Source: a bacterium (GTDB taxonomy: Bacteria; Zhuqueibacterota; Zhuqueibacteria; Residuimicrobiales; Krinioviventaceae). From it: a DNA stretch of 64,000 bases. The stretch is taken from contig CAXXMD010000002.1 in assembly GCA_963675755.2 (NCBI GenBank), forward strand, positions 1,984,001 through 2,048,000, given 5' to 3'. Positions 41,821-50,319 of this stretch are shown here, piece by piece. The notes beneath the pieces were generated by a model. It was given only the letters and a program-made list of their open reading frames with translations, had not been told where the DNA came from and ran no database searches. A program made the translations under genes and the position numbers. Numbering within the stretch: the first letter of the stretch is position 1; the number at the start of each line of letters is the position of its first letter.

Positions 41821-42270
41821 TTAAAACAAAACATCCACAGTTAACGTGTCCTGATGTTTGGCAACAATGGCTCCCCATCCGCCGGTACCGCCATCCGCCA
41901 TATACGTATAGTCATCTCCGGTAATCGCTACTGCGTCTTTCAAGCCAACAAGTCCTGAATATTTCAGGTTTTTAACCAGAACAGGTGTATGATGACCACC
42001 CACATCATCTGTGTAATGGAACATTCTCACACCCAGCAGATACCCAAATTCATTGTCTTTTTCGCAGGTAATGATCTCACCATCCGCAACATCGCCGCTT
42101 GCAGGACTCGTAACTTCGTAATTGTTCAACCAGGTCAGTTTTACCAGTCTGCCCTCTACATTTTCATTGTTTGCCATCAGAGCGGTAATCTCGTCCTTAA
42201 AGGTGCTGTCGGGCACACAGCTAAGCTCTAAAAAGTTTCCGGTGTCTCCCCCGCCTATTCCTCTCATCAT
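41821..42270 (-). CDS. probable capsid decoration/cement protein
   Basis: 149 aa, Gly-rich beta protein between protease and capsid genes; AGGAGG RBS; ends TVDVLF. Confidence 0.55.
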   Translation of the reverse strand: MMRGIGGGDTGNFLELSCVPDSTFKDEITALMANNENVEGRLVKLTWLNNYEVTSPASGDVADGEIITCEKDNEFGYLLGVRMFHYTDDVGGHHTPVLVKNLKYSGLVGLKDAVAITGDDYTYMADGGTGGWGAIVAKHQDTLTVDVLF

Positions 42271-42288
42271 GTTCCTCCTTGTTTAAAA

Positions 42289-43461
42289 TTAGGATTGTAT
42301 GCTGACTGGTGCCCGAAAAGACCGACTATGCTTTTGGGCCAAATCAGTATCGTTTTGTTTAAACTCCCGCAAATCCTCTGTCAATATCTGTTGATGAGGA
42401 TGTTTTTCATCAAATGCTTTTCTGGAATCCGATACGAGTATCTTTAGCTCCTCCAGAGAAAGCAATTCCAGATTTTGTTTCTCTGCTTCAATACAATCGG
42501 GATTGTCTTTAATCTCCCCCGCAAGACAACCGAATTTAACCGCCTCATTGACCAGCAATTGTCTTTCAGGATCTTTCATTTGTGCACCCTTATCCGGTGT
42601 TCTTTCTGCATCTCTCTTTGCAGCGATTGATTTTCGTGTCCGTGCACCATACTGTGCTCCCAGAAACACATGCGAGCCTTCAAGCGCTTCGGCTTGCCGG
42701 TTTTCTGTGTTACGGTATTCCCACCACAAGATCTTGTCCCCATTACCCGACTTTACAGGTGCCAGTTCCGGAGCACGGAAACCAATACTCATGTCTGAAA
42801 TGATCCCCGAATCGATTTTACGGATTTTCTCAACATCATCCGCCAGCAGATAATAGCTGGCAACCAGCCAATACAAACCATTGTCCTTTTCCGAAATCTG
42901 TTTGTACTGTTCCTTCAGATCTGCACTGCAATGCGGTCCCGCAAGGTTCATCATTTCATCGATGCCAACCTTTTGCAATCGCGATTTGAAATAACGCCCT
43001 TCACCGGTTCCTTCCCAGTCATGCCCGGTCAACACCGCCTTGCCAATAATGGTTTTCTCAAAGGATTGTAATACATCCTTGCTGAACCGTTCCCCGTCCC
43101 GGTCTACAACATTGTGACACAGCCAGGCTTCGTAAACGCGAAAATCTTTGCGATCAAAGGATGACGCGTTTACCATCAGCTTGCACATTGCATCCCAATC
43201 CTCATCACCAATCTCTACCGATTTGGTATGCACACTGAATTGTTTTTGAATACCAGCCAGCCTGTCAAAAGATTTCACCCGGCTCAACCGGTCAAAACGC
43301 TGTTCACAATCCGCCCAGCTCCCATATGCTTTGGCAGGAAACCTCACTTCGGTCAGCCCTGTGTCGGGATGTTTACGACAGTCCAGCAATCCCGCCGGGA
43401 TCTGTTCCGTCTCATCCAAAACACCATAATAATACAACCTGCTTTTTCTTAGAAATTGCAT
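42289..43461 (-). CDS. prohead protease with C-terminal scaffold region
   Basis: HNVVDRDGERFS..GKAVLTGHDW, IDSGIISDMSIGF, EGSHVFLGAQ match HK97-type maturation protease motifs; charged helical C-terminus. Confidence 0.75.
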   Translation of the reverse strand: MQFLRKSRLYYYGVLDETEQIPAGLLDCRKHPDTGLTEVRFPAKAYGSWADCEQRFDRLSRVKSFDRLAGIQKQFSVHTKSVEIGDEDWDAMCKLMVNASSFDRKDFRVYEAWLCHNVVDRDGERFSKDVLQSFEKTIIGKAVLTGHDWEGTGEGRYFKSRLQKVGIDEMMNLAGPHCSADLKEQYKQISEKDNGLYWLVASYYLLADDVEKIRKIDSGIISDMSIGFRAPELAPVKSGNGDKILWWEYRNTENRQAEALEGSHVFLGAQYGARTRKSIAAKRDAERTPDKGAQMKDPERQLLVNEAVKFGCLAGEIKDNPDCIEAEKQNLELLSLEELKILVSDSRKAFDEKHPHQQILTEDLREFKQNDTDLAQKHSRSFRAPVSIQS

Positions 43462-43479
43462 ATCCCCTCTTTTTATTTA

Positions 43480-43743
43480 TTAAAAATTTGCTAAATCACT
43501 TTTCATGCTAAAACAATTTTCAATGAATTGGAGTGCATCGCCTTTATGCGCTTGACCGCCTACTGGCGGTATGCGGCGAGTCGCAGACTCGCTAAAATTC
43601 ACACTTTTTCTCACCTTTCCCTTGACGCCTTCTACACCCATCTCTTTGAATCGCTGTTTTCCATCATTACAATGGACTTTGCCAATTCTCTCCAATCGCC
43701 CGGATTTATGGTTTCTCGGATTAATTACTTTTTGATTTTGCAT
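43480..43743 (-). CDS. small basic ORF, possible remnant of a minor head (MuF/gp7-like) gene
   Basis: AAGGGGA RBS; RLERIGKVHCNDGKQRFKEMGV loosely resembles the MuF core; the 3' part crosses palindromes. Confidence 0.3.
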   Translation of the reverse strand: MQNQKVINPRNHKSGRLERIGKVHCNDGKQRFKEMGVEGVKGKVRKSVNFSESATRRIPPVGGQAHKGDALQFIENCFSMKSDLANF

Positions 43744-43782
43744 AAAACATCCCCTTGATTTAATTGATTATCCACTGGACGG

Positions 43783-45144
43783 TTACGAATTCAACAGTAT
43801 CTGCCTTGCTTCTTTTACAGCACCATTTGCCTTACTGTCATTGGCAATCCGGTTCAATACCTCCTCTGCACGCGTCACCCCCTGTAACGTTTTCCCCGGA
43901 AAAAAGGGACCGCTTCGCACCAGATGTACAAACTCTTCATCATCAATCATCCCCATATCATACATCCGCTCAAAAGCGCACAGTTCTTTATCCAGCGCTT
44001 GCGCGTTCAAGAGTCTGGCACGGGCCTGCTCGGTCTTGTCCATTAAATTGACTTCTCGCCATTCCAGGTTCCATTGTGCCCCCGCCTCACCTTGTAATAC
44101 CAGAAACGTATTGATCACCCGTCTCAAAATCGGTTCAACCTTGGTCCGGTACGCGTTAATATTCGCCACAATCATATCATTCTGGTTATTGCTCATACGC
44201 TCGGTAGTGGTCCATTTGTACAAGCCAAACATAAATGGCGGCAGCCCGGTCTTGGTAATGATCTCTTCCTGCATTACATGTACCGGTACCTGTAGATTCA
44301 GCACAGGTTCCTGTCCCCCCAATACCTGTACATCAATCCCGGCGCCTTCCGGCACTGCCGCTGCAACATCCCGCACATGCCCCTGTTTGCGGTCCTGAAA
44401 AACACGGGTAATATCGCTTTGCAATCCTTCTGCTGCCTGTTTAACCCGATTAAAATCGCTGCCCCTTCCTCCGCTAACTTTGACCAGAAATGTAGGGTCC
44501 CCAACCCGCCATACCTGGTTCTCAATGGCCTGCTGTATGCGCAAAAAAATCTTGACCACAAAGGGCAGCGAGTAAAACAGACTGTACCCCTGCGGGTGCC
44601 CGTCACGCTGGTCAAAACACAGATAATAGATAAATTCCGGATCATCAAACGGCAGAATATTCAACTCGGAATCCGTCAACTGTCCCAGTTTCAACGTCCC
44701 GTCACGCTCCACAAAACGAAAACTATTGGCGCGCGCAATTTTCAATCGGTCCACACCATTATAATCCGTGTTCGGCACCAATTCTCCAAACCCCATCCCT
44801 TTGGCTAATGCGGAATCACAAATCTGGTCCACCCAGGTATTCAGTCCCCGGTTAAAATGATTAACCTTGACATCTCCCTTGAATGTATTCAGCAGTTTTT
44901 CGATACGTGGATTCGGTGAAGATAGCCGAAAATCCCCAATCAACCGAACCAGTTTGATCACCGCCACATCCAGTATTGGTACAGCTTCTCGCATTAGATC
45001 GTATAAATCCATATTGAATTGCAACGGTTGGTAACCCCTCAGCGCAGTCGCAAAAGGCCCCTCCCATGCGTCACGTGTTTGCGCCCGACTGATCCTGACC
45101 TGCTGTGTATCCCCACCAAACCATACTTTAAACAGATTTTTCAT
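43783..45144 (-). CDS. portal protein
   Basis: 453 aa, first gene of the head module; LYDLMREAVPILDVAV, GMGFGELV, HPQGYSLFYSLPF, ITKTGLPPFMFGL; GAGGGGAG RBS. Confidence 0.8.
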   Translation of the reverse strand: MKNLFKVWFGGDTQQVRISRAQTRDAWEGPFATALRGYQPLQFNMDLYDLMREAVPILDVAVIKLVRLIGDFRLSSPNPRIEKLLNTFKGDVKVNHFNRGLNTWVDQICDSALAKGMGFGELVPNTDYNGVDRLKIARANSFRFVERDGTLKLGQLTDSELNILPFDDPEFIYYLCFDQRDGHPQGYSLFYSLPFVVKIFLRIQQAIENQVWRVGDPTFLVKVSGGRGSDFNRVKQAAEGLQSDITRVFQDRKQGHVRDVAAAVPEGAGIDVQVLGGQEPVLNLQVPVHVMQEEIITKTGLPPFMFGLYKWTTTERMSNNQNDMIVANINAYRTKVEPILRRVINTFLVLQGEAGAQWNLEWREVNLMDKTEQARARLLNAQALDKELCAFERMYDMGMIDDEEFVHLVRSGPFFPGKTLQGVTRAEEVLNRIANDSKANGAVKEARQILLNS

Positions 45145-45250
45145 TTCATCTCCCCTCTGTAAATCACAACCAAAAGATAAACGAAAATCCTGAAAATCAA
45201 AGCAACATTGGGTAACTTACACAACGCAGAAACAAAAAAAAGCTCTTATC

Positions 45251-45695
45251 CTACGGGCGGACCTATGTGTCTGCACCCATCTCTGCCCCTTCGTAAGGGC
45301 GGACCTGTGTGTCCGCCCCCATCTCTGCCCCTTCGTAAGGACGGACCTGTGTGTCTGCACCCATCTCTGCCACATCGTACGAGCGGACCTGCGTGTCCGC
45401 CCCCATCTCTGCCCCTTCGTAAGGACGGACCTGTGTGTCCGCCCCCAGCTCTGCCCCATCGTAAGGGCGGACCTGTGTGTCTGCCTCCATCTCTGCCCCT
45501 TCGTAAGGGCGGACCTGTGTGTCCGCTCCCATCTCTGCCCCATCGTAAGGGCGGACCTATGTGTCCGCCCCCAGCTCTGGCCATCGTAAGGACGGACCTG
45601 TGTGTCCGCTCCCATCTCTGCCCCTTCGTAAGGGCGGACCTGTGTGTCCGCCTCCATCTCTGCCCCTTCGTAAGGGCGGACCTGTGTGTCCGCCC
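45251..45695 (+). repeat. tandem array of 11 REP-like palindromes, 42-bp period
   Basis: Unit GTAA-GGGCGGAC-CTGTGT-GTCCGCCC-ccatctctgccccttc, starting at 45251, 45293, 45335, 45377, 45419, 45461, 45503, 45545 (41 bp), 45586, 45628 and 45670. Confidence 0.92.
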
Positions 45696-45737
45696 TGGAA
45701 CCCTTTTTTCACATAACTGTAAATATCAAAAAAATCC

Positions 45738-45799
45738 TTGACAAATGTTCAAAAAATTACTATGTTCATTATAAATGAACATTCAAAAATATTGAACAT
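45738..45799 (+). promoter_or_regulatory. sigma70 promoter overlapped by a nested inverted-repeat operator
   Basis: TTGACA (45738)-17 bp-TATGTT (45761); ATGTTCA at 45745 and 45762, TGAACAT at 45776 and 45793. Confidence 0.75.
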
Positions 45800-45800
45800 T

Positions 45801-46787
45801 GTGCAAAAATTACAAAACATCATACAAAATCTAAACACTATCTTTGCCCATGGCATTGAACTCAGGCTGGTAGAAAACAATAATACCCCGCAATTGGATT
45901 TGATCATCAATCAAAAACCTATAAGATTTTCAATCGAATTCAAAACGACTATTAACCGCTCACTGATCACAATATTAAAACATCAAAAGCAGCAACACCA
46001 AACACCGTTTCTGCTCATAACCCCCTATGTCAATCCCGTACTGGCAAAAGAATTAAAACAACAGGAAATACAGTTTATGGATACTGCGGGCAATGCATAT
46101 ATTAACCAAACACCGCTCTATATTTATATACAGGGCAACAAATTGCCAAATTTACCCAACACTACCACAAAGCGGTTATTCAAACCTGCAGGCCTCAAAG
46201 TCCTCTTTGCCCTTTTGACCGTATCTGAACTAGTGAATAAACCTTATCGTGAAATAGCAAAAACTGCTAAAGTTTCTTTAGGCACATTAACCTGGGTAAT
46301 GAACGATCTTGTTGAATTGGGCTATCTCGTTGATTTGGGCAAAAAGGGTAAAAAACTGGTCAACATGCAAACACTAGTGGAAAAATGGTGTTCAGAATAC
46401 AATCATACCCTCAAACCCAGGCTCATAATTGATAGATTTAATGGTCCTGAAAACTGGTGGCAGCAGTTTAATCCGGTTCAACATAATGCACAATGGGGTG
46501 GCGAGGTAGCAGCAGCATTACTGACCCAGTATCTGAAACCTGTAAACACCTTGCTGTATCTTAACGACATGAATTACAGCAAGATCATACAACAGAATCA
46601 CTTACATCAGGATAAAAATGGGAATACGCTTTTCATCCAGTATCCCATTAACATCCAACCTGTTGATAAAACGGTTCACCCGTTATTAATCTATGCGGAT
46701 CTGTTGGATACAACCGATCCCAGAAGTATGGAAACCGCAAAGGTAATCTATGACCAGTACATCGTTCAACTTGTCGGGGAAAATTGA
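45801..46787 (+). CDS. type IV toxin-antitoxin antitoxin, AbiEi family
   Basis: FMDTAGNAYI, HTH (YREIAKTAKVSLGTL), WGGEVAA, VHPLLIYADLL. Start uncertain (ATG 45762 or GTG 45801). Confidence 0.85.
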   Translation: MQKLQNIIQNLNTIFAHGIELRLVENNNTPQLDLIINQKPIRFSIEFKTTINRSLITILKHQKQQHQTPFLLITPYVNPVLAKELKQQEIQFMDTAGNAYINQTPLYIYIQGNKLPNLPNTTTKRLFKPAGLKVLFALLTVSELVNKPYREIAKTAKVSLGTLTWVMNDLVELGYLVDLGKKGKKLVNMQTLVEKWCSEYNHTLKPRLIIDRFNGPENWWQQFNPVQHNAQWGGEVAAALLTQYLKPVNTLLYLNDMNYSKIIQQNHLHQDKNGNTLFIQYPINIQPVDKTVHPLLIYADLLDTTDPRSMETAKVIYDQYIVQLVGEN

Positions 46788-47595
46788 TCCCGAGATACTG
46801 ACTGTTATCCAACATATTAAATCAATCACAGAAAAAATAAACATACCGTTTTTCATTGTTGGAGCAATTGCAAGGGATTTTATCTTTAAATATTGGCAAA
46901 TTGAATCCCCAAGAATGACTATGGACATTGATATTGCCATCCGTATACCCAATTGGGACCGGTTTCACGAGTTAGAAAAAGCATTCCTGGAATCAGGTTT
47001 TTTTGAAAAGGATAGAGAATCCCAACGGTTTCTCTATGATAATTTTATTGTGGATATAATTCCCTTTGGTGACATTGCACAAAACCAGGTCATCAACTGG
47101 CCACCGGATTTTAATATTGCAATGTCAGTTGTAGGATTTGATCAGGCATGGGACTATTCAAGTATCGTCAGATTAAATAATGATCCTGAACTGGATGTTC
47201 GCATTCCCACACTTCCGGGAATGGCGTTAATGAAACTACTCTCCTGGCATACGGCATACCCTGAACGGAATAAAGATGCAAAGGATTTCTGGTTCATTAT
47301 GAATCATTATGAATTTGCAGGCATTGCGGACAGATTGTATAAAACTGAATTCTCTTTATTTGAAAAAGAAAATTACAATCTTCTGCATGCAGGATATGTT
47401 CTGCTGGGTAAAGATATTGCAGCTATATGTAACAAAGAAACAAAAGCGTTGGTCAAACAAATCCTGGCAGATGAAATCGACCAAAATTCAAGCAACAAAT
47501 TGATATTACAAATGCTTACACCTCAGGATCAATTTGAAAAAATATTCAAGGGGCTTGAAAAATTAAAATACGGGTTTATTAGCCAGATTGCTTAA
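46750..47595 (+). CDS. type IV toxin, AbiEii-family nucleotidyltransferase
   Basis: FFIVGAIARD, RMTMDIDIA, VDIIPFG, MKLLSW..KDAKD; overlaps the antitoxin gene. Confidence 0.88.
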   Translation: MTSTSFNLSGKIDPEILTVIQHIKSITEKINIPFFIVGAIARDFIFKYWQIESPRMTMDIDIAIRIPNWDRFHELEKAFLESGFFEKDRESQRFLYDNFIVDIIPFGDIAQNQVINWPPDFNIAMSVVGFDQAWDYSSIVRLNNDPELDVRIPTLPGMALMKLLSWHTAYPERNKDAKDFWFIMNHYEFAGIADRLYKTEFSLFEKENYNLLHAGYVLLGKDIAAICNKETKALVKQILADEIDQNSSNKLILQMLTPQDQFEKIFKGLEKLKYGFISQIA

Positions 47596-47702
47596 TATAT
47601 AAATATTACCCCCCTATTCTTAACCTGTAAAAAGTGATGTTTTACCTGCCAAATCTTACTTTCGCTGGTTCAAATCTCGAGTTTATCTCAAATCCCCATC
47701 AA

Positions 47703-48401
47703 TTACTCTTTAACCCCGCCAAAAACTTTTTTCAACTCTCCATAGGGTAAAGAAATATTAAAGTATATTTCATATTCTTTGCCATCTTGAGTTTTTGCGC
47801 GCATGACATCAAAATCATATACACCCTCATGAGACAACCATTGTTCCAAATGCTGCATTTGGAAATGCTCCAGAATAATATACTCTTCATCAGTAGATAT
47901 CACTAAAAATGCCGTTTTGGGCGATTTGCCATCACCAGATGCAATAATAGAATGGATCAATCCATCATAAATATTATAATGCAGATTTGAATTTTCATCA
48001 TCCCCAATTTTCCGATAGATATAACCGCAATACAAATGCGTGTTAATATCCACAAAATTCTTGGTAAATATCGAATCCGCTATCATCAGCGCTTCCGAAT
48101 ATTTTTCATCATCCATGAGTTCACGCATTCGGGCATGCCGCTTGCTGGTAGATCGGTCATACGGCGAATACAACTCGGATTTGGTAAAAGCCATTCTCAG
48201 ACTAAAAAAATCATCAAACTGATTTTCAATTAATTTTTGCAGCATCTCTTTAAAATCGTCCGGTTCAAAAGAATTGATATATTCAAAGAAATGGTAATTT
48301 GAATCCGGAACCTGCGTCGTATCAGACATTGTTGGAACCTGATCATTTTGCGCAAACAATCGTATCGCAATAAACAGCACAATAAAGATATACCTTTTCA
48401 C
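47703..48401 (-). CDS. secreted DUF4919-like protein
   Basis: Signal peptide from GTG 48401; SIIASGDGKSPKTAFLVISTDEEY and YFNIS motifs. Confidence 0.7.
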   Translation of the reverse strand: MKRYIFIVLFIAIRLFAQNDQVPTMSDTTQVPDSNYHFFEYINSFEPDDFKEMLQKLIENQFDDFFSLRMAFTKSELYSPYDRSTSKRHARMRELMDDEKYSEALMIADSIFTKNFVDINTHLYCGYIYRKIGDDENSNLHYNIYDGLIHSIIASGDGKSPKTAFLVISTDEEYIILEHFQMQHLEQWLSHEGVYDFDVMRAKTQDGKEYEIYFNISLPYGELKKVFGGVKE

Positions 48402-48563
48402 GATTCTTTCTTCTCCCGTTTTCCTGAATAAAATAACATCAAGCCCAAAATAACAAATAAAGCACCATAAATCAACCCTTAACACATATTTATGAATTTT
48501 ACTTGCATTTCTTTACCGCTTGTTTTATTATAAACTGTTGTTGGATTGAAACAGGATTTAATT

Positions 48564-50246
48564 ATGAAGAAAATGTATCTACTGTTATTACTGATCGCTG
48601 TCACCTCAAATGCAGCAGACAGGCTCGTCGGCAGAAATTTCTCCACACGTTCCGAAACTATAGCGCAAAATGGTATGGCCTGTACCAGTCAACCTCTTGC
48701 CACCCAGGCCGCAATCGATATTCTTAAAAAAGGCGGTAACGCAATCGATGCTGCCATTGCAGCCAACGCTGTCAATTCTGTGGTCGAACCTATGAACTGT
48801 GGTATTGGAGGCGATTTATTCGCTATTGTTTGGCATGAGGACTCGAAAAAACTATACGGACTCAATGCCAGCGGCAGGTCACCAAAATCGTTGACTCTCC
48901 AAGCTATGCAAGAAATGGGACTCACAAAAGTACCGGTCAAAGGCCCTTTACCCGTATCCACACCCGGCTGTGTCGATGGTTGGTTCGAGCTCCACAAAAA
49001 GTTCGGCAAACTGCCTATGGAAACCATCCTTGAACCTGCAATCTATTATGCGGAAAACGGATTTCCGGTTACTGAAATCATTGCCTATTATTGGCAGGGA
49101 GACGTCCCCGATTTCATCGACGTACCCGGCTTTGCCGAAACCTTTTTGATCGATGGTAAAGCCCCGCTAAAAGGACAAATATTCAAAAATCCGGCACTTG
49201 CCAATACCTTGCGCCAGATCCAAAAAGACGGACGAAACGCCTTTTACAATGGCAGTATTGCACAGGAAATAGAAACATTTATGAAAAAACATGGCGGTTA
49301 CCTCAAAGCCTCTGACCTGGCTGCACATACATCAACCTGGGTTGAACCGGATTCCACCAATTACCGCGGGTACGATGTCTGGGAACTGCCGCCTAACGGA
49401 CAGGGAATTGCCGTGCTGCAAATGTTAAACATCATGGAAGCATGGGATATCCAATCCATGGGATTCGGTAGTCCGGAATACCTGCATCTCTTGATCGAAG
49501 CCAAAAAGCTCGCATTTGAAGACCGCGCCCGGTTTTATGCGGACCCGGATTTCAATACGCTTCCCGTTGAACAATTGATCTCTAAACCCTATGCTCAAAA
49601 TCGTGGAAAACGAATCAATCCGGCAAAAGCTGCGCCATCTTATCCCCCTGGTCTGCCTGAAAAAGGAGATACCATCTATTTAACAGTTGCAGATAAAGAG
49701 GGCAATATGGTCAGTCTTATCCAGAGCTTGTATTGGGGATTCGGATCGGGTATGACGCCTCCCAAATTAGGGTTTCCTTTGCAAAATCGAGGTGAATTGT
49801 TTACTTTTGAAAATGGCCATCTTAACCAATACGCCCCGGAAAAACGACCATTTCACACCATTATTCCCGCGTTTGTCACCAAAGACGGAGAGCCCTACAT
49901 GAGTTTTGGAGTGATGGGTGGTCCCATGCAGCCGCAGGGACATGTGCAGATTCTGGTAAACATGATCGATTTCGGTATGTCGCTCCAGGAAGCGGGAGAC
50001 GCTCCACGTATCCGCCATACCGGTTCGTCACAACCTACCGGGTCTATCATGACCGATGGTGGCAAAATTAATTTTGAATCCGGATTCCCAATGGAAACGC
50101 TCAGGTCCTTGAAGGAAAAAGGACACAATCTGAATGTCAATGTGGGTGGATATGGGGGTTATCAGGCTATTCTGGTTGATCGTAAAAACCATGTCTACTT
50201 TGGTGCATCAGAATCCAGAAAAGATGGACAGGCGCAGGGCTACTAG
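48564..50246 (+). CDS. ggt: gamma-glutamyltransferase
   Basis: Signal peptide; GGNAIDAAIA, GIGGD, PPNGQG, DTIYLTVAD (catalytic Thr), RPFHTIIP, GGPMQPQG. Confidence 0.95.
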   Translation: MKKMYLLLLLIAVTSNAADRLVGRNFSTRSETIAQNGMACTSQPLATQAAIDILKKGGNAIDAAIAANAVNSVVEPMNCGIGGDLFAIVWHEDSKKLYGLNASGRSPKSLTLQAMQEMGLTKVPVKGPLPVSTPGCVDGWFELHKKFGKLPMETILEPAIYYAENGFPVTEIIAYYWQGDVPDFIDVPGFAETFLIDGKAPLKGQIFKNPALANTLRQIQKDGRNAFYNGSIAQEIETFMKKHGGYLKASDLAAHTSTWVEPDSTNYRGYDVWELPPNGQGIAVLQMLNIMEAWDIQSMGFGSPEYLHLLIEAKKLAFEDRARFYADPDFNTLPVEQLISKPYAQNRGKRINPAKAAPSYPPGLPEKGDTIYLTVADKEGNMVSLIQSLYWGFGSGMTPPKLGFPLQNRGELFTFENGHLNQYAPEKRPFHTIIPAFVTKDGEPYMSFGVMGGPMQPQGHVQILVNMIDFGMSLQEAGDAPRIRHTGSSQPTGSIMTDGGKINFESGFPMETLRSLKEKGHNLNVNVGGYGGYQAILVDRKNHVYFGASESRKDGQAQGY

Positions 50247-50258
50247 ACTGTATAAAAA

Positions 50259-50296
50259 CAAAAAGCAGGATGCATATTAGTTGCACCCTGCTTTTC
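50259..50296. terminator. bidirectional terminator
   Basis: AAAAGCAGGATGCA-tattagt-TGCACCCTGCTTTT between convergent genes. Confidence 0.7.
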
Positions 50297-50319
50297 TGAT
50301 TGGAACCATGATGTTTCTA

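Larger units (their letters stand above)
33981..45144 (-). mobile_element. phage-derived head-tail structural operon (GTA-like module or prophage remnant)
   Basis: Co-oriented, tightly coupled genes in canonical portal-protease-decoration-capsid-neck-tube-tip order; visibly more GC-rich than the flanks; no terminase, integrase or replication genes seen. Confidence 0.8.

Noticed and set aside
33981-45144. Contractile injection system, tailocin or encapsulin locus
   Set aside because: No sheath or baseplate wedge genes; capsid, portal and protease argue against a tailocin, and portal, neck and tail genes argue against an encapsulin.
45251-45695. CRISPR array
   Set aside because: The 16-nt linkers are near-identical rather than unique spacers, and there are no cas genes in the window.
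45208-45741. Repeat-encoded ORFs on both strands (for example the GADTQVRPYEGAEM repeats)
   Set aside because: They result from a 42-bp stop-free GC-rich unit; the 41-bp unit shifts frame and no RBS is evident.
33981-47595. Complete inducible prophage
   Set aside because: No integrase, repressor, replication, terminase or lysin gene and no att repeats were recognised.
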